From: an uncultured virus (IMG/VR IMGVR_UViG_3300042321_002025)
Lineage: Duplodnaviria > Heunggongvirae > Uroviricota > Caudoviricetes
DNA length: 64,000 bases
Strand: one strand, 5' to 3'
Virus record (IMG/VR): IMGVR_UViG_3300042321_002025
The notes under the pieces were generated by a model. The model saw only the letters and a program-made list of their open reading frames with translations, was not told where the DNA came from and ran no database searches. The position numbers and the translations under genes are program-made. Below, one piece after another: positions 37,789 to 47,060 of the stretch. The stretch's first letter is position 1; every line of letters starts with the position of its first letter.

Positions 37789-38517
37789 TTAATTTCTATT
37801 CATACCCATCAATTCAAACTCAAAATTTTGATATAATTCATTTTTTTCTTCATCAGTTTTGATTACCAAATCAACATATTTTTCCCATAAAGCCGTATGT
37901 CTAAAAATACATAGTTTAAAACAATCATGTTTCATTTTTAGATGTTGAAAAGTTTCGTTTGGTTCTAATTTTATTATTTTTGCATATTCTAAAATTAAAG
38001 GGGAAAAAATATTTTCTGTAGGAAAACATTCTTCCAGTTCTTTTGTTAAAAAATTGTAGAAAGATTCATCATAAAAAGATTCTTTATATCTAGCGAAGTA
38101 ACGTTTTAATTTGTTTTCTAAATTGATCAGTATAATTGTACGAGTATTACAAATTTTTCTTATTTTTATCCAGTCATTCGGTAAATTTGTATCAATTAAA
38201 ACAATGTCAAAAAGTTTACCTGTGTTTGTTTTTTTTATAGTTTCCCCTAAATTTGACTCTAAATTATTACCTCCATACATAAATTGATTAACAAGCTTGT
38301 ATGTGATATGTTCATTTTTTACATAGTCAATAACGGTCGCAGGCCTTTTAAATAACGTATAAGGAATGGCCATTACAGAAGAATTTATAAAACCTTTACT
38401 CAATGCGTTTGCTATTGAACAATTGTCACACATGGAGTATATAAAATTATTTTCTCGGTTAACAACGAGATACAGATATTGTTCAATACCATTCATTTTA
38501 TTGTAATTGATTTCCAC
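37789..38517 (-). CDS. hypothetical protein in the inverted operon
   Basis: 242-aa AT-rich ORF between the Bug and PP-loop genes. Confidence 0.65.
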   Translation of the reverse strand: MEINYNKMNGIEQYLYLVVNRENNFIYSMCDNCSIANALSKGFINSSVMAIPYTLFKRPATVIDYVKNEHITYKLVNQFMYGGNNLESNLGETIKKTNTGKLFDIVLIDTNLPNDWIKIRKICNTRTIILINLENKLKRYFARYKESFYDESFYNFLTKELEECFPTENIFSPLILEYAKIIKLEPNETFQHLKMKHDCFKLCIFRHTALWEKYVDLVIKTDEEKNELYQNFEFELMGMNRN

Positions 38518-39449
38518 ATTATAGATTCTTTATTAATTCTATTTTCAAAAGCTTTTTTGCCAACGTAATTATTGGGAATTATCATAAAAGTTTTTAATAG
38601 TTTTTCTTTTGTTTCTTCTTCACGAGCCACTTTTGTGAAAAAATCATGATAAAATTTATAAATTTTAGGGTCTGTATTTTTTGGTAATGCTATACCCCAG
38701 CTTGCTTCTAAATTTGAATTGAAATTGGGAAAAAATTCTGAAAATGTTGGAGTATTTGGTAAATTAACAAATCGTTTTTCTCCACTTATTGCAATAATGT
38801 TTATATCACCAGAATTTATAAATGGTGTGGCTACAGATAATTGTAGAACTCCATATTTTACATGACCACCCAAAACATCTTTAATAGCATCTGATCCAGA
38901 TTTATAGTTAACAATTGGAACATTAATTGATTGTTTTGTTGATTCTTTAATCAAATATCTTGAGGCATATTCAAAAAATAAACTTGGTGAAGCAATGCTT
39001 ATTGAGTTATCATTCTTTAATAAATCATCTTGAAATTGTTTTAATGTTTTTACATTCGATTGTTTATTTGAAACCAAAACTATTGGACCAGCGGCAATAG
39101 TGGTAATTAAATCAACTCCATTATTTTTTAAAATGTCGGAAGAAACTATAGGTGCGAGAGTAAACATGGAAGAAGCAGTTGCAAACAATGTATACCCATC
39201 AGGTTTAACATTATTTGAAAAATAATTTAATGCAACTATACCATTTGCTCCAGGTTTGTGTTCTACCACAATTTTATAACCATTCTTCTCAAATGCTTCT
39301 ATATAAGGTCTTAAAGCTTGGTCGGTTGCACCAGGAGAAAAACCTGAAATTATGGTAATGGGTTTATCTTTAAAATCACTGGAATGTGAAAAGTGTGATG
39401 AAATGAAAAACAAACAAAATATAAAAATCTTAAGCATAAAGTCCACCAT
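38493..39449 (-). CDS. Bug/TctC tripartite tricarboxylate transporter substrate-binding protein
   Basis: Signal peptide; GFSPG, VVEHKPGANG, PDGYTL, DVLGGHV, PNTPT motifs. Confidence 0.85.
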   Translation of the reverse strand: MVDFMLKIFIFCLFFISSHFSHSSDFKDKPITIISGFSPGATDQALRPYIEAFEKNGYKIVVEHKPGANGIVALNYFSNNVKPDGYTLFATASSMFTLAPIVSSDILKNNGVDLITTIAAGPIVLVSNKQSNVKTLKQFQDDLLKNDNSISIASPSLFFEYASRYLIKESTKQSINVPIVNYKSGSDAIKDVLGGHVKYGVLQLSVATPFINSGDINIIAISGEKRFVNLPNTPTFSEFFPNFNSNLEASWGIALPKNTDPKIYKFYHDFFTKVAREEETKEKLLKTFMIIPNNYVGKKAFENRINKESIMWKSITIK

Positions 39450-39456
39450 TTTCTTA

Positions 39457-39485
39457 TTGACATTTAAAACGAAGTAATATATAAT
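39457..39485 (+). promoter_or_regulatory. consensus sigma70 promoter
   Basis: TTGACA-N17-TATAAT. Confidence 0.7.
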
Positions 39486-39493
39486 ATACTACC

Positions 39494-39730
39494 ATGATAT
39501 CTTATTACTATTTATATGAGGCCAAACAGCGATTGGCCAACGCCAAAGAGACCATAGAACTAATGGGTGGCGAAGATGAATGCCAACCTATGTTATTAGG
39601 TCAGCGTGATATGTTGGAGCTTGAAGTGGCATATTACCGAAAAGTTTCTTGGTTCTTTACCATTGGCCTCTTGACATTTGGTGTGGTATCTGTTATACTG
39701 TATGTATTATATTCTAAAGGGATTATATAA
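39494..39730 (+). CDS. small membrane-anchored protein
   Basis: 78-aa ORF with C-terminal TM. Confidence 0.55.
   Translation: MISYYYLYEAKQRLANAKETIELMGGEDECQPMLLGQRDMLELEVAYYRKVSWFFTIGLLTFGVVSVILYVLYSKGII
39509..39516 (-). promoter_or_regulatory. T4-type late promoter for the inverted operon
   Basis: TATAAATA on the minus strand, ~60 nt upstream of the Bug gene. Confidence 0.65.
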
Positions 39731-40005
39731 TGTTTGATAAATTGTATGTGTGGGTTGGCAAGAACACAATTAGTATTTTTGTTGTTGCTCTTTTGTTTTC
39801 GTGTGCTATTGCCATATTTAATTTGGTTGATGTTGTTCGTAAACCCCCAACCATTAATGTAGCTGAAGGTAGTATTCAACATCATTTAGTTTGGTCAATC
39901 AAAGGTGGATGTTTTTTTGTTAGGCCACATTCAGATGAAACTGTTTATTTGATTCGTGTTAAAGATTGTGATAAGTCTGACACAACCATTAAGGCAATTA
40001 AATGA
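39730..40005 (+). CDS. membrane-anchored hypothetical protein
   Basis: N-terminal TM; Cys pair. Confidence 0.6.
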   Translation: MFDKLYVWVGKNTISIFVVALLFSCAIAIFNLVDVVRKPPTINVAEGSIQHHLVWSIKGGCFFVRPHSDETVYLIRVKDCDKSDTTIKAIK

Positions 40006-40165
40006 AACCAAATAAAGATTTTAAATTAAGTAAATCAGCAAAACGAATGTTGGCTACTATGACATCAGAAAAAAGAAGTCTATGGAAGAAATCATATATT
40101 GAAGCTGAGATGTCCGCCAAACTGGCTAAATTTGCAAAGATTCGTGAACCCAAAGGAGAAGAAGT

Positions 40166-40435
40166 ATGACTATGTTGATTGAAGTTAATTCGTTAGATAA
40201 GAAGTGTCCCGTAATTATTAATTTAGAAGCAATTGTTGAAATTGCACCATTAGTTGGTGGCGGTTGTGCATTGTTTATGGCTGATGGTCATGGCGGTGCC
40301 GTTTCAATGAAAGTTTCAAATGATTACAATGAGTTTAAGCAATTCGTTTTAGAAACTGTAAAGCCTGAAGATATTGCAAAGAAGTTTGGTAAAACAAAAG
40401 CTAAAGACCTATCTTTGGATATTCCAAAACTATGA
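40166..40435 (+). CDS. hypothetical protein
   Basis: 89-aa ORF with AAGGAG SD. Confidence 0.6.
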   Translation: MTMLIEVNSLDKKCPVIINLEAIVEIAPLVGGGCALFMADGHGGAVSMKVSNDYNEFKQFVLETVKPEDIAKKFGKTKAKDLSLDIPKL

Positions 40436-40749
40436 GTAAGTTTACATTTATTTGTGAAGAAGATCCGTGTCCTTTTGGAGAATCAATCACAACCAAAAAA
40501 ACATTTGAGTTTAATGCTGACCGTTTAGATAGTGTCATTGGTGAATTTGAAACCTTTTTACGTGGTTGTGGTTTTCATTTTGAAGGTAATTTGGAAATCT
40601 ATAAACATGAAGATTCATCGTTTAAAAAAAATAATTTTAGTTTATCAAAAGATGGTGAATTAGATTTAGAAGCAAGACAATCTTTTGATTTAGATGATTT
40701 GGATTCTATTTTCTCCGGAAAGAAAAGTCTGATTCGTTCTGATGAGTGA
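40432..40749 (+). CDS. conserved phage hypothetical protein
   Basis: FETFLRGCGF motif. Confidence 0.65.
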   Translation: MSKFTFICEEDPCPFGESITTKKTFEFNADRLDSVIGEFETFLRGCGFHFEGNLEIYKHEDSSFKKNNFSLSKDGELDLEARQSFDLDDLDSIFSGKKSLIRSDE

Positions 40750-41036
40750 TGATGAACGATTTATTTTACAACCTGTTTGATTGGATTCGTGATGATTGGC
40801 GAAGTGGTCGTTCCCGTTTTATTGTGGAGCTCTTGGCTTGGGCTATTAGTATTGGTTGTTCTGTTACTATGGCACTTACCGTTCCAAACCCACCGCTACT
40901 GGTTTTATATCCTATTTGGATTCTTGGCTGTGCTATGTATGCTTGGGCTTCATGGACTCGCAAATCTTTTGGTATGTTGGCTAACTACATTTTGTTAACC
41001 ACTATTGATACAATCGGCTTAATTAGAATGCTATGA
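40746..41036 (+). CDS. small multi-TM membrane protein
   Basis: Three hydrophobic segments. Confidence 0.65.
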   Translation: MMMNDLFYNLFDWIRDDWRSGRSRFIVELLAWAISIGCSVTMALTVPNPPLLVLYPIWILGCAMYAWASWTRKSFGMLANYILLTTIDTIGLIRML

Positions 41037-41602
41037 ATATTTTTTATCTAGATAATGATCCCAAAATTTGTGCTGAAATGCACCTTGACAAACACGTTTG
41101 CAAAATGGTAATCGAGTATGCTCAGTTACTTTCCACTACACATCGTGTACTTGACGGTGAAGAATACCGCAGACTGTCTGCCAATAACCGTTCAATTAAG
41201 GCATGGCGACTGCCTGATGGTCGTGAAGAACGCCTCATGAAGCCTACAATGATGAACCACCCATCCGCCATATGGGTGCGCCAATCAGACAAAAACTATC
41301 TATGGTTGTACAATATGTGGTGTGAACTATTGAGTGAGTTTACCTATCGTTATGGTAAGGTTCATGCGTGTGCTCGTTTGATACCAGACCTTGGTGTTCT
41401 ACCTACCAATATTCCAAATAAACCATTTACTGGTCCTACACCTGCCATGCCAGACTATTGCAAAGTACCAGGTAATTCATTACAGTCATACCACAATTAT
41501 TACTTTAATGAAAAACAACGTATGTGGTCATGGAAAGGTAAGATAAATAGTAGACCAGAACCTAAATGGTTAACAAATATGATCATGAAGAAAGCCGCAT
41601 AA
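41033..41602 (+). CDS. pyrimidine-dimer DNA glycosylase-like protein (DenV family)
   Basis: MNIFYLD, DKHVCKM..EYAQLLST, NHPS..WVR, YRYGKVH and PAMP motifs. Confidence 0.8.
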   Translation: MNIFYLDNDPKICAEMHLDKHVCKMVIEYAQLLSTTHRVLDGEEYRRLSANNRSIKAWRLPDGREERLMKPTMMNHPSAIWVRQSDKNYLWLYNMWCELLSEFTYRYGKVHACARLIPDLGVLPTNIPNKPFTGPTPAMPDYCKVPGNSLQSYHNYYFNEKQRMWSWKGKINSRPEPKWLTNMIMKKAA

Positions 41603-41880
41603 TGCCTGCATATGATTTTTTAAATAAACAAACAGATACAATTGAAGAGCACCGTATGTCTTACACGGTGTTGGATCAATTTCTGCAAGACAATCCACAT
41701 CTTACACGATACCACTCGGCTGATAACCTTCCCATCTTTGGTGATGGTGCTCGTATGTCGGTTCCAGGCATTGGCCAACCTCATGCGGCATTTGAACACG
41801 GTGTGATTCAGCGAATGAAAGATACAATACCTGGTAATACAATGTCTGGTCATAAGACAAAGAAGCCTAGGGAGTGGTAA
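41602..41880 (+). CDS. FmdB-like small protein (no Cys) upstream of phoH
   Basis: MPAYDF.N..T..IEE..MS...DQFL.DNPH; position recalled as conserved in T4-like phages. Confidence 0.6.
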   Translation: MPAYDFLNKQTDTIEEHRMSYTVLDQFLQDNPHLTRYHSADNLPIFGDGARMSVPGIGQPHAAFEHGVIQRMKDTIPGNTMSGHKTKKPREW

Positions 41881-41907
41881 ACGATTTCTAACAACAAGGG
41901 AAGTTTG

Positions 41908-42663
41908 ATGGCGACCAAAAAAAGAGTTCTACCTGATGTGGCAACACCGCACGACAAAGAACCACACAATAGACAGACAAACGCATTAAAAGTCCGTATT
42001 GATGATTTAAAAACATTTGAACCATTAACAGATAACCAAAAGATTTTCTTTGATGCATACAAACAAGGGGACTACTTTGTTGCATTACATGGTGTTGCAG
42101 GTACAGGTAAAACATTCTGTGCCTTATACAAAGCACTAGAAGAAGTATTGGATAAATCCAATCCATTCAATAAGATTATTATTGTTCGGTCAGCCGTACA
42201 ATCAAGAGAGATTGGCCATCTACCAGGTGATGTATCTGAGAAGATGGAAATCTTTCAACAGCCATATCAACAAATTTGTGAAACACTTTTTGGTCGTAAA
42301 GATGCTTATCAACGATTAACTGAACAAGGTCACATTGAGTTTATCTCTACATCATTCATTCGTGGTATGTCATTTGATGATGCCATTATTCTTGTAGATG
42401 AGATGCAGAACTTAACCTTTGAAGAAATTGATACTGTAATGACACGAGTAGGTTACAGGTCAAAGATATTATGGTGTGGTGATTATCGCCAGACTGATTT
42501 AAATAAACGCAAGAATGATATGTCGGGCATATTAAGATTCTTTGATATTGCCATGCACATGACCGCTTTTACCAAGATTGAATTTACTGCTGACGATATT
42601 GTTCGTAGTAGTCTTGTAAAAGAGTATATTTTGGCCAAATTGAAGATCGAAGATCAGGAATGA
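41908..42663 (+). CDS. phoH: PhoH-like ATPase
   Basis: GVAGTGKT, IGHLPG, FIRGMSF, DEMQN, GDYRQTD and DIVRS motifs. Confidence 0.93.
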   Translation: MATKKRVLPDVATPHDKEPHNRQTNALKVRIDDLKTFEPLTDNQKIFFDAYKQGDYFVALHGVAGTGKTFCALYKALEEVLDKSNPFNKIIIVRSAVQSREIGHLPGDVSEKMEIFQQPYQQICETLFGRKDAYQRLTEQGHIEFISTSFIRGMSFDDAIILVDEMQNLTFEEIDTVMTRVGYRSKILWCGDYRQTDLNKRKNDMSGILRFFDIAMHMTAFTKIEFTADDIVRSSLVKEYILAKLKIEDQE

Positions 42664-42667
42664 TTGA

Positions 42668-42675
42668 CATAAATA
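42668..42675 (+). promoter_or_regulatory. T4-type late promoter variant
   Basis: CATAAATA 26 nt upstream of the adhesin-like gene. Confidence 0.55.
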
Positions 42676-42701
42676 ACCATTATTAACTAAAAAAAACACA
42701 A

Positions 42702-43706
42702 ATGCCATTATCTATCACAGGCGCAATTTCCGCATCTCAAATTAATACTGAATTGGGTAGGTCATCTACCGCTCAATTCAGTTGGAATGATGATACGTTT
42801 AGAAAGTTAGCCGACCAGTTGGCTGGTGCAATTGATACAAATTCTGCCAGAGGTACTGGATATGCATCAAACACAACAAATTTAAATGTTTATAGTTTTT
42901 TATCATCTCCCGCTACGGTAGCCACATATAAAGTCCTTGTTGATACAGCAAGGGTGATTGGTGGATCCGGCACAACAGCTTTAACACTTGGCCAATTTCC
43001 AACAGGATCAACGTGTATTATCAATAACTATGGAGCAATCCAAGGATTTGGTGGAGCAGGAAGCTCAGTTGGTGGTGATGCAATAAATGCTAATTTCGGA
43101 AATCAAACCGTTGTTATTAACAATAAATCGGGAGCTGTTATTTACGGTGGTGGCGGCGGTGGTGGTTCTGGTGGTACTGGTGGCACAGGTGGCCAAGGTG
43201 GACCAGGATTTTTTGATACTTTTATAACACAAACTTGTGGTAATCCAGGTGGTTATACTTACGCTATCGATACAGGTGTTTCTTGCGCTAAAAACACAAA
43301 CTTTTTTAATCAATATAATAGAACTTTTACAAGTGGTGGAGCTGGAGGATCTGGTGGAGCTGGAGGATCTGGTGGAGTAGGCCAAGGGTATAATCAAGCT
43401 TCTACCAATGGTGTTGGTGGTGCAGGAGGAAACGCTGGTGCTGCTGGTGGCACAAATGCAGGTGTTGGAGGTACAGGCGGCACGGGGGGGCTTGGTGGTG
43501 CTGGAGGAGCATTTGGTGCGGCCGGAACTAATGGTGGGTCTGGTAGTACCGGAGGTACAGGATCTTCCGGTAATAATGGCGCTGGTTCTGCTGGTTCAGG
43601 TGGCGCTGGTGGAAATGCAGCTGGATCTGCTGGTAGATATCTCGTTAAAGGCATAAACTCAGTAACATTAAATAATAGTGGAACAGTAGCTGGAGGATTA
43701 GCATAA
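42702..43706 (+). CDS. Gly-rich gp38-like tail-fibre adhesin
   Basis: GAISASQINTELG N-terminus; INNYGAIQGFGG, GGDAI and INN.SG..IYGGGGGGG motifs; polyglycine tracts around a Cys-bounded loop. Confidence 0.65.
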   Translation: MPLSITGAISASQINTELGRSSTAQFSWNDDTFRKLADQLAGAIDTNSARGTGYASNTTNLNVYSFLSSPATVATYKVLVDTARVIGGSGTTALTLGQFPTGSTCIINNYGAIQGFGGAGSSVGGDAINANFGNQTVVINNKSGAVIYGGGGGGGSGGTGGTGGQGGPGFFDTFITQTCGNPGGYTYAIDTGVSCAKNTNFFNQYNRTFTSGGAGGSGGAGGSGGVGQGYNQASTNGVGGAGGNAGAAGGTNAGVGGTGGTGGLGGAGGAFGAAGTNGGSGSTGGTGSSGNNGAGSAGSGGAGGNAAGSAGRYLVKGINSVTLNNSGTVAGGLA

Positions 43707-43707
43707 A

Positions 43708-44100
43708 ATGAACGATGTTTTTATTTTACAATATAAAATTGAAGAATTCAATAAAGAAAACAAAACTTTGAAAGTTACTTTTGGAGATGGTACTTGGGCT
43801 TTCATTAGACTAACTTCACCGCTACCAGAAAGCCTTTCCGACTTGCAAGAAATTATTAAAAAATATGCTCCAACAGTTGAACATATGAAAGCTCAATCTG
43901 TTACTGATGCTGATTTATCTTTTATAGAAGAATCAATTGGAAAACAACAAGTTTGTGAAAGATTTACAAATGTTCAACCAGTTCCTGGCCAATATCAAAT
44001 CTCAACTATTGATAATTTTGATTTCGCTGAATTGTATAGAGTAAAAATTACTGTTGCAATTCAAAGAACTTTATCTGAAATGGCTGGAGCAACTGTATGA
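43708..44100 (+). CDS. hypothetical protein (possible fibre accessory)
   Basis: 130-aa ORF directly after the adhesin-like gene. Confidence 0.65.
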   Translation: MNDVFILQYKIEEFNKENKTLKVTFGDGTWAFIRLTSPLPESLSDLQEIIKKYAPTVEHMKAQSVTDADLSFIEESIGKQQVCERFTNVQPVPGQYQISTIDNFDFAELYRVKITVAIQRTLSEMAGATV

Positions 44101-44597
44101 AAATGAAACCTTATGCAGCTTTTGGTTACACCGTTTTTGTTGTTGAAGCGGATGTAGGTGATGAAAGAGTTGTTGAGTTGGGTGTTGATGGACTTGTAAC
44201 ATCAGGATATTATTTCTACACAAAAGGTTTGGCCAAGGTAAAAGTCATTGAAACAAATGAAGAACTTCAGGACAGGATTCCTGGTTGGCTGAATTATGAA
44301 CATCCTGATGCTAAAGCAAATTCAACAGGAAATTTATTATTATCATTTCCCGTAGAAACAGAATGGGTTTGTATATCACATAAACATAATAAAAATGGTT
44401 TGCCAAATCTTTCATCGTTAGTTTTAAAATCAGGTGAAAAAACAAATTTTACCAATAAAACCAATTTCTGGTTGGCCAGAGGTCAATTCGAAATTAATAC
44501 AAAGATATTTACAGGACCATGTCAAGTGCGAGTCCGTAGTGGAGATGTTGAAGTTCAAGCTTTAGATAAAGATTGTTATGGATTATTTTTCACATGA
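44097..44597 (+). CDS. hypothetical beta-rich (cupin-like) protein
   Basis: 166-aa ORF, ATGA coupling. Confidence 0.6.
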   Translation: MKMKPYAAFGYTVFVVEADVGDERVVELGVDGLVTSGYYFYTKGLAKVKVIETNEELQDRIPGWLNYEHPDAKANSTGNLLLSFPVETEWVCISHKHNKNGLPNLSSLVLKSGEKTNFTNKTNFWLARGQFEINTKIFTGPCQVRVRSGDVEVQALDKDCYGLFFT

Positions 44598-45313
44598 AAA
44601 CCAAATCTTGGCACCGAACCATAGGTGCATGGATGCTTTTACCAATATTAATTTTAGTATACACAACTAACACAAACTTTCTTTGGTTTGTATTATCTTT
44701 TTTTGTTTATCTCTGTATTGCTATCACAGTAACAGTTGGTTATCACCGATTATTTTGTCATAACGCATTTATTTGTTCCAAAGTATGGCATTGGATTTTT
44801 GGACTATTTGGTGCAATCACTTTAAATTCTTCTCCAGTTTCTTGGTCTGCTGTTCATCGTACCCATCATCGATATTCTGACACACCTATGGATCCATATG
44901 AAAGCAACTTTAAATATTTTTTAAGATTTAAAGAAAGAAATAATATTGTGGCAGGGAAAAATGAATTGAAGATGATGCGTGATCCAATGCACAGATTTTT
45001 AATGAATCATTCTTTATCTTTATTTTTAGTGGCAGGTATAATGTTATTTGTTATTGATAGCAATCTTTTTTTATACGGTTTTGCTTTACCAATTTCAACA
45101 TATCTTGTTACTAGTGGTTTACAAACCATCTATGCTCATAAAAATGGAGAACCACAAAATTTGTGGTACATGGAATTCATTATTCCAATGGCAGGTGAAT
45201 GGATACATAAAGAACATCACAACAATGCTAAAAGATATATCTTCAATCACCGGCCAGAATTTTTTGATTTGGGTGGTATTTTAATAAAGGTAATAGAACA
45301 TGGTAAACAATGA
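44594..45313 (+). CDS. membrane fatty-acid desaturase (delta-9-like)
   Basis: His boxes HRLFCH, HRTHH and HKEHH; TM helices. Confidence 0.88.
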   Translation: MKTKSWHRTIGAWMLLPILILVYTTNTNFLWFVLSFFVYLCIAITVTVGYHRLFCHNAFICSKVWHWIFGLFGAITLNSSPVSWSAVHRTHHRYSDTPMDPYESNFKYFLRFKERNNIVAGKNELKMMRDPMHRFLMNHSLSLFLVAGIMLFVIDSNLFLYGFALPISTYLVTSGLQTIYAHKNGEPQNLWYMEFIIPMAGEWIHKEHHNNAKRYIFNHRPEFFDLGGILIKVIEHGKQ

Positions 45314-45473
45314 ATGTCCCACTAATATAGAAGAAGATTTAAAAGATTATAGGTTTTCTCATCTGTATTCTCCTCCACCAGAAAATTATAACTTAAATAT
45401 TAAATTTCCATCTCATGTGTGGTTAGGTAAAACCGAATCTATTGATTTTCTAAAAAAAGAAGGTATCTTGTGA
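45300..45473 (+). CDS. small hypothetical protein (57 aa)
   Basis: MVNNECPTNIEEDLKDYRF...; fills the gap and overlaps both neighbours. Confidence 0.45.
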   Translation: MVNNECPTNIEEDLKDYRFSHLYSPPPENYNLNIKFPSHVWLGKTESIDFLKKEGIL

Positions 45474-46441
45474 AAAAGTATTTTTACCATTGGGGTATAA
45501 ATCCTGCTATAAAAAATCCAATCGTTATTTTTACAGCACACGACAGAACAGGTAAAATGTTTGATTTGCCTGAGATTGAAACAATTACACCTATTGGTAA
45601 ACTCTGTACACCAAAAACCGTTGAAGAACTTTGTTACGATTCAGCTAAAAAAATAGTGAATGCCGCTGGTTCAAAAAAAATAGTTGTAACTTGGAGTGGA
45701 GGTATTGATTCTACATTAACATTATCTGAATTATTAAAGATTGCTCCCAAAGAACAGATAGCTGTAATGATGAACGATAACTCAATTAGGGAGTATTCTG
45801 AATATTATGAAAAGTATATTAAAGACCAATTAGAAATTCGCCAAATGGATTTCTATACGACCAATTCTTTAAAAAATTCATTAAAAGATGGCATCATTGT
45901 TACTGGCCATTTATTGGATCCTGTGTTTGGTGCTGGAATGTATAGAACTATGCCTCAAAGTAAACTTTCACAAAAAATGGCAGACTTTCTTAAAGAGGTT
46001 GACAAATTCTCACAGGAGAACTATACTAGATTAATACAGGCCTGCCCAAGAGAAATTGTGGACGTTAAAGATTTCTTTTGGTGGTTAGATTATGCATTGA
46101 ATTACCAAGCAGAACAATTGATGTGGTTGTTGGAGATTGATGAAATGATTTTGGATAAAAATTTATTTCATTTTGGTGGTACATCAGATTGGAATGATTA
46201 TGCCGTATCCACTTCAGCTGAAAATAAATATCCTGGATATGAGTTTAAAAATTATAAGTTACCATTAAAAAAACAACTATATGAGTTCACCAAAGATGAC
46301 GAATATACAAAAGAAAAAATTAAACTTCATTCTTGGAGATCATATAGAACACCAACACAAATTCTAGAAAGAATGCCGTTATACATTACGACTGATTGGA
46401 AAAGAGAAAGAAATATATTGCATGATGCCAAAAAATTATAA
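45470..46441 (+). CDS. AsnB-synthetase-like PP-loop ATPase (no glutaminase domain)
   Basis: VTWSGGIDST, VTGHLLD; shares DRT, WW and TKD..Y...KIKL.S with the 36694 ORF. Confidence 0.75.
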   Translation: MKKYFYHWGINPAIKNPIVIFTAHDRTGKMFDLPEIETITPIGKLCTPKTVEELCYDSAKKIVNAAGSKKIVVTWSGGIDSTLTLSELLKIAPKEQIAVMMNDNSIREYSEYYEKYIKDQLEIRQMDFYTTNSLKNSLKDGIIVTGHLLDPVFGAGMYRTMPQSKLSQKMADFLKEVDKFSQENYTRLIQACPREIVDVKDFFWWLDYALNYQAEQLMWLLEIDEMILDKNLFHFGGTSDWNDYAVSTSAENKYPGYEFKNYKLPLKKQLYEFTKDDEYTKEKIKLHSWRSYRTPTQILERMPLYITTDWKRERNILHDAKKL

Positions 46442-47060
46442 AAAATTAGGCAAATTACCTAAAGAAACGATTGATTTTTTTCGTGAAGAAATACTAAAGT
46501 TAAAAGATCCGAAAAAATCAAAAAATCAATGGATATGGTTAACGTATAATTTGAATTGTGAGTTTTTAAAAATATTTGAAAATTATAATTTGTATGTCAG
46601 ATTAATCGCCAACGGGGTTGGTGAAATGGCACATAAAAAAAATTATTACAATCAAAAAGCATTTTATACACCAGCTGGATCTAAATTTTTAATACATAAA
46701 GATGGTATTAACGATAAAGCAGCATTAAATATTGCAATAAACTGTAATGATAATGATTGGGTGCGTTGGCATAAAGATGAAGATGTTTATAAATTTGGTG
46801 ATGTGCCGGCAAAAATTGAATTAAATTATACCAGAAATGCTCACGCAATAGAAGATTTTGAAAATTTTCCTTATACAGAAGAACTCCGAACAGAAGTTGG
46901 TGATGTGTATGTTGTGAATACAGATGTTTTTCATAGTTATGTTTGTTCTGGCCCCAAAGATAGAATTGTATTACAAACAAAATTTGAAGGAAATCCTTCT
47001 TTTCAAGAATTGTGTGATTCACTTTCAAAAAATAGTTTTAGAAATATCATAAAATCATGA
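46422..47060 (+). CDS. 2OG-Fe(II) oxygenase-like (double-stranded beta-helix) protein
   Basis: IHKDG...VNTDVFHS...RIVL. Confidence 0.6.
   Translation: MMPKNYKKLGKLPKETIDFFREEILKLKDPKKSKNQWIWLTYNLNCEFLKIFENYNLYVRLIANGVGEMAHKKNYYNQKAFYTPAGSKFLIHKDGINDKAALNIAINCNDNDWVRWHKDEDVYKFGDVPAKIELNYTRNAHAIEDFENFPYTEELRTEVGDVYVVNTDVFHSYVCSGPKDRIVLQTKFEGNPSFQELCDSLSKNSFRNIIKS

Noticed and set aside
41908..42663. phoH, thyX and galE as novel auxiliary genes
   Set aside because: All are common in T4-like aquatic phages
43065..43656. Alternative-frame ORFs over the Gly-rich gene
   Set aside because: Shadows caused by GGN codon runs
45300..46441. Lasso-peptide cluster (57-aa ORF as precursor plus AsnB-like cyclase)
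   Set aside because: No B1/B2 leader-binding or peptidase genes are recognisable and the peptide lacks a clear lasso leader/core pattern; kept only as a fold analogy
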